Positions 59,635 to 64,000 of a DNA stretch of 64,000 nucleotides are shown here, in pieces. The notes under the pieces were generated by a model. It was not told where the DNA came from. It did not search any database and saw only the letters and a list, made by a program, of their open reading frames with translations. The DNA lies in assembly GCA_973895155.1 (NCBI GenBank), contig OZ316894.1, forward strand, positions 26,831,240 to 26,895,239. Direction: 5' to 3'. Within the stretch, counting starts at the first letter, position 1. Each line of letters begins with the position of its first letter. Origin of the DNA: Marsupella aquatica (Eukaryota > Plantae > Marchantiophyta). A program made the translations under genes and the position numbers.

Positions 59635-62275
59635 TTGGGGCATCTCACATATCAACCTACAGCCCGAGCTATTCGATTAGCAAATGGTGCAAGAGTACTT
59701 CCCCTGGGCACGCTCACCAAAGTTCTCACCCACGTAGACGGTGTAGAGTTTTATCTAAACTTTTTGGTCATGAGGCCGGTCCGACCATCTTCTTACCCAG
59801 TCCTCTTGGGATGGCCGTGGCTGTATGGTGGCCGTGTAGTCACGGACTGGGGCAAGAAGGAGCTACGATTCGGGACACCCACGGTCCAAGTATCATGGGC
59901 GGTGGACGATTATCAGGGCGAGACTCCACAGGGACCCGAGGAGTATGATTTGGAAACCTCAGAGGAAGAAGAGCTCAACATGATTGAGCTCATTTCGTCC
60001 CTGTCCGAGGAGGATGTCTTTGGGATAGAGGCAACCCGGGAGTCGCATCTCCTGAATTACCCGAAGGTTGCTATAGATGAAGCCCCCCGGAGCCTCTCTA
60101 GCACCCTGGCAGATGAACAGCAGGAACGGGCCATCAATACGGAGGATACGGCTCCAGGTAAGCAGGGAGCCGCGCGCTGCTGCCTCCACCAATGCGGAAT
60201 CTATTGACCAGGAGTCGGCCAAACAACTGCCCAAAGCCAAAATCCCAAGGCCAAAGCATAAAAAATGAGTCTCCTGGGATCCGTCCATCCCGCAATTAGA
60301 GGAAGCAACTCCAAATCCGAAACCGATTCTGGTTCCACCCATGTACGGAGGAGTTTGGTTAGCCGAGCTGGATGCGAGCCTGGACCCGAGCTTGCGGAAC
60401 CAGGTGGAGGTCATAAGGAAGGAACACTACCGGAAGTACACCATTGGGATGGATAAGTCTTTCAATTTAGGCCATGCGCTGAAGGGGGAGGCGGAAAAAT
60501 CTATCCAAGCACTGCTCAAGGAGTATGAAGATGTGTTCACATGGAGCCATCACGATTTGACAGGAGTCTCCCCCGAGTTGGGAGAACACACGATCGATTT
60601 AAACTTGGGAGCTCACACCGTATGACAGCGCCAACGTTGTATGAACCCAAGGTACTCCATCTTGGTGAAGGAGGAGATTGATCGTCTCCTGGCCGCGGAT
60701 ATCATCTACCCAATAATGGCCAGTGATTGGGTTTCTCCCATCGTCATCATTCCAACTTAGAAGGGAGGTACGGACGGAAAGCCCAAAATCCGCATCTGCC
60801 AGGACTACCATAAACTAAATGACGCCACCCGGAAGGATCACTACCCGTTACCATTCACGGATATGGTCCTGGATATGGTAGCCCGCAATGAAATATATAC
60901 ATTCCTTGACGGATATTCGGGCTACAATCAAATCTGGATCTGACTCGCGGATCATCTTAAAACAACCTTCACCACGGAGTGGGGGACGTTTGCATTTTAC
61001 AGGATGCCATTTGTGCTGTGTAACGCCCCGACCATGTTCCAGAGACTCATGATGAATATCTTCCATGACTTTCTACGAGAATTCCTGGAAATATTTATAG
61101 ACGACTTTGCCATCTTTGGAACCATCGCCATGCACCCCGAACATTTACGCCGTACGCTCCAACGATGCAGAGAAGTAAATTTAAAGTTGCATCCGGCGAA
61201 ATGTTTTTTTGGAGTAAAGGAAGGAGTGTTATTCGGGCATCGTGTGTCTAAACGGGGTATCGAGGTAGACCAAGAGAAGGTTGCAGCGTGGATGGCTGTA
61301 GTGTTCCCCGTGGACCAAAAAGCCGTACGGTCATTCCTGGGCTGCGTAAGGTACTATCGCCAATTCATCAAAGATTTTGCTAAAATTGCGTTACCCCTAA
61401 CGGAGATGATGAAGAAGGATGCAGTGATAGAAGAGACACCCCGGAGACGTCTGGCCTTTGAAGAACTCCGGCATCGACTCATCACGGCACCCATCATGGT
61501 AACCCCGGATTGGAATAAGGAGTTCCATGTGTACGTCGACGTTTCGGGGTTTTGCATTGGGTCCGTACTAAGCCAGCTGGACGAGGACGGTCGTGACCAC
61601 CCCATCTATTTTGCTAGTTGTTAGCTATTTACGGCCGAGAGAAATTATTCCCCCACCGATCGAGAAGCTCTAGGCATTATCTACTCGTGTAAGAAGTTCT
61701 GGCACTACCTGCTTGGATATAAAGTCATCTTTCATATGGATCATGATAGTTTAAAGTACATGGTGAACAAAGCAAATGTCACGGGGCGGATAGCCAGGTG
61801 GGTATTGCTCTTACAGGAGTTTAATTACGAGGTGCAGGTTCGGCCGGGTAAGGCACACCTCAATGCTGATTTATTTTCAAGACTAGACGGAGTACCCATA
61901 GATCAGCCTATTAGCAATACTTTTCCAGATGAGGAATTATTCCACGTGGGGGCAGGAACGCCCACATGGTACGGACCGCTTATTACCTTCCTCCTTACAG
62001 GCCGCATCCCCGATGACATCAATCAGGAGGCCGCCGCCATATTCTTACGTAAGGCCGGCCCGTATGTGATGATAAAAGGCCACTTACACAAAGAGGGGGT
62101 TAATGGGAAGCTAAGGCGCTGCCTTGAATACAAGGAAACGCTCATCGTTATGAGGGCCCTACACAAAGAGGAAGCTGGAGGCCATTTTGCGGCCATCACT
62201 ACTGCGCGTAAGATCTTGGATTTGGGGTATTGGTGGCCTATGTTACATCGGGATGTGCAACGCAGTCGCGAATAC
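59635..62275 (+). pseudogene. Degenerate Ty3/gypsy pol (PR-RT-RNaseH-start of INT), non-chromoviral type
   Basis: VLLGWPWL; RICQDYHKLNDATRKDHYPLP; FLDGYSGYNQI; MPFVLCNAPTMFQR; FIDDF; FHVYVDVSG; GGHFAA...YWWP; several stops and frameshifts. Confidence 0.92.
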
Positions 62276-62437
62276 AACTTTCACCTACTTGTAATTGCTT
62301 CGGCGTTGCCTAACTCCAGCGTTGAGCCCCTCTTAGATTTTCTACCATCATGGCCATTAGGGATGCGACTAACAAAGAGGACGCTAGTAAGAGCAAGGAC
62401 AAGACTTGAGAAAAGCGCGCTCCAATTTAACTCTATT

Positions 62438-63385
62438 GGGCCCATTGCCGATCACGGAAAAATGAACTATTTTTCTGATCGATCACCATAGCGGCCCGAG
62501 AAGCCCCACATGAGCCCAATCATGGGGTCGCATATTTCTTGGCCAACGGACCTAGGGGCCAAAAGTTATGGCCGATTCAAGTTGCATGCTTGTAGTTTGG
62601 GCCCATTGCCGATCACGGAAAAATGAACTATTTTTCCGACGGATCACCATAGGGGCACGAGAAGCCCCACATGAGCCCAATCATGGGGCCGCATATTTCT
62701 TGGCCAACGGACCCAGGGGCCAAAAGTTATGGCCGACTCAAGCCACATACTTGTAGTTTGGGCTCGTTGCCGATCACGGAAAAATGAACTATTTTTCCGA
62801 CAGATCACCATAGGGGCCCAAGAAGCCCCACATGATTCCAATCATGGGGCCGCATATTTCTTGGCCAACGGACCCAGGGGCCAAAAGTTATGGCCGACTC
62901 AAGCCGCATACTTGTAGTTTGGGCCCGTTGTCGATCATGGAAAAATGAACTATTTTTCCGACAGATCACCATAGGGGCCCAAGAAGCCCCACATGAGCCC
63001 AATCATGGGACCGCGTATTTCTTGGCCAACAGACCCAGGGGCCAAAAGTTGTGGCCAACTCAAGCCACATACTTGTAGCTTGGGCCCGTTGCCGATCACG
63101 GAAAAATGAACTATTTTTCCGATGGATCACCATAGGGGCCCAAGAAGCCCCACATGAGCCCAATCATGAGGCCGCATATTCTTGGCCAACGGACCCAGGG
63201 GCCAAGAGTTATGGCTGACTCAAGCCGCATACTTGTAGTTTGGGCCCGTTGCCGATCACGGAAAATGAACTATTTTTCCGACTGATCACCATAGGGGCCC
63301 AAGAATCCCCACATGAGCCCGATCATGGGGCCGCATATTTTTTGGCCAACAGACCCAGGGGCCAAAAGTTATGGCCGATTTAGAC
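62438..63385. repeat. Tandem array, 161-bp unit, ~6 copies
   Basis: gggccc.ttgccgatcacggaaaaatgaactatttttc recurs at about 62439, 62599, 62760, 62921, 63082 and 63242. Confidence 0.95.
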
Positions 63386-64000
63386 TCGATTAGAGTCGCC
63401 GCGCATCGATGGACCAAGAGGGGGTTGCCTGGACCAGGGGGTTGCCTGGACCAGAGCGGGGTTAGGGCCGTAACTTTTAGCCCCCTATGCCACAATTTGT
63501 GCTCGAGGCCAAGTTACGGAAGGTTTTCAATTATCTTCGTTTTGAGCTAAGTGGCGGGACCCACGGACCCTCGGGTAGGCGGCCAAAGATAGGGGACCAA
63601 AGCTGGTCCGGGGGTGGCAGGTCCCCAGAAGCATATATGAGGGGAGTGGTCCTCTCAAGTTTGAGCTCGAGCTGATCGCGATCGACGAAGATACGTTGTT
63701 TCGAGTTTTGAAGCGAAAACAAACATAACTCGATGACCGGATCTCCGTTGGGGGAGTTCTTGGGCTCGTTGGAAATCTAATGAGTAAAGCTACCTCATGG
63801 TGCTCTCTGATTGTGCATTGGATGGTTTTGGTTTTGAGACTTGCAATGGGGGGAGTCCCTCTTGCCGATCCAAAGTCGAACAATGACCAAACCGCATTTG
63901 GTTCCTACGAGGACCTGATGTTGGAGAGGTAGAACCAAGTAGACTCTGGGGGCTGCCGTTGAGATCTGGTCCCGATGCATGGTGAGAGGATGAGCGAAAC

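Noticed and set aside
62438-63385. CRISPR-like array, or repeated small ORFs
   Set aside because: Whole units repeat with no unique spacers, and the context is eukaryotic; the ORFs are by-products of the repeat.

Overview
Repeat-rich land-plant nuclear DNA; the PPR proteins look bryophyte/moss-like. Positions 1-39.3 kb are a nested stack of transposons. A piece of an LTR-like family (38559-39316) was hit by CACTA element B (5' terminus at 38558). B's transposase intron was hit by CACTA element A (5' terminus at 24828). A carries a 4.66-kb TG...CA unit with a 5-bp TSD and a 1121-aa ORF (15472-20131), and a Bianca-type Ty1/copia element (1-4264). The two CACTA elements are clearly diverged but share an ordered, same-strand accessory cassette upstream of the transposase: a small Cys/His protein, a stand-alone EDM2-like composite PHD finger with an H3-tail-like N-terminus (ARTKHKARK / ARPKIRAKK), and an F-box-like protein with an FFAT-like motif. 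A also has a tandem-BRCT gene. This cassette is the best candidate for an undescribed system, possibly a transposon-encoded chromatin or anti-silencing toolkit. Positions 43.4-57.4 kb are an inverted duplication with two PLS-E-DYW PPR editing-factor paralogs that differ in repeat number and base-specifying residues; the spacer holds two MITEs and a truncated Bianca element. The rest is degenerate Ty3/gypsy fragments and tandem repeats (about 704 bp and 161 bp units). All homology calls come from motif recognition by eye, not database searches.
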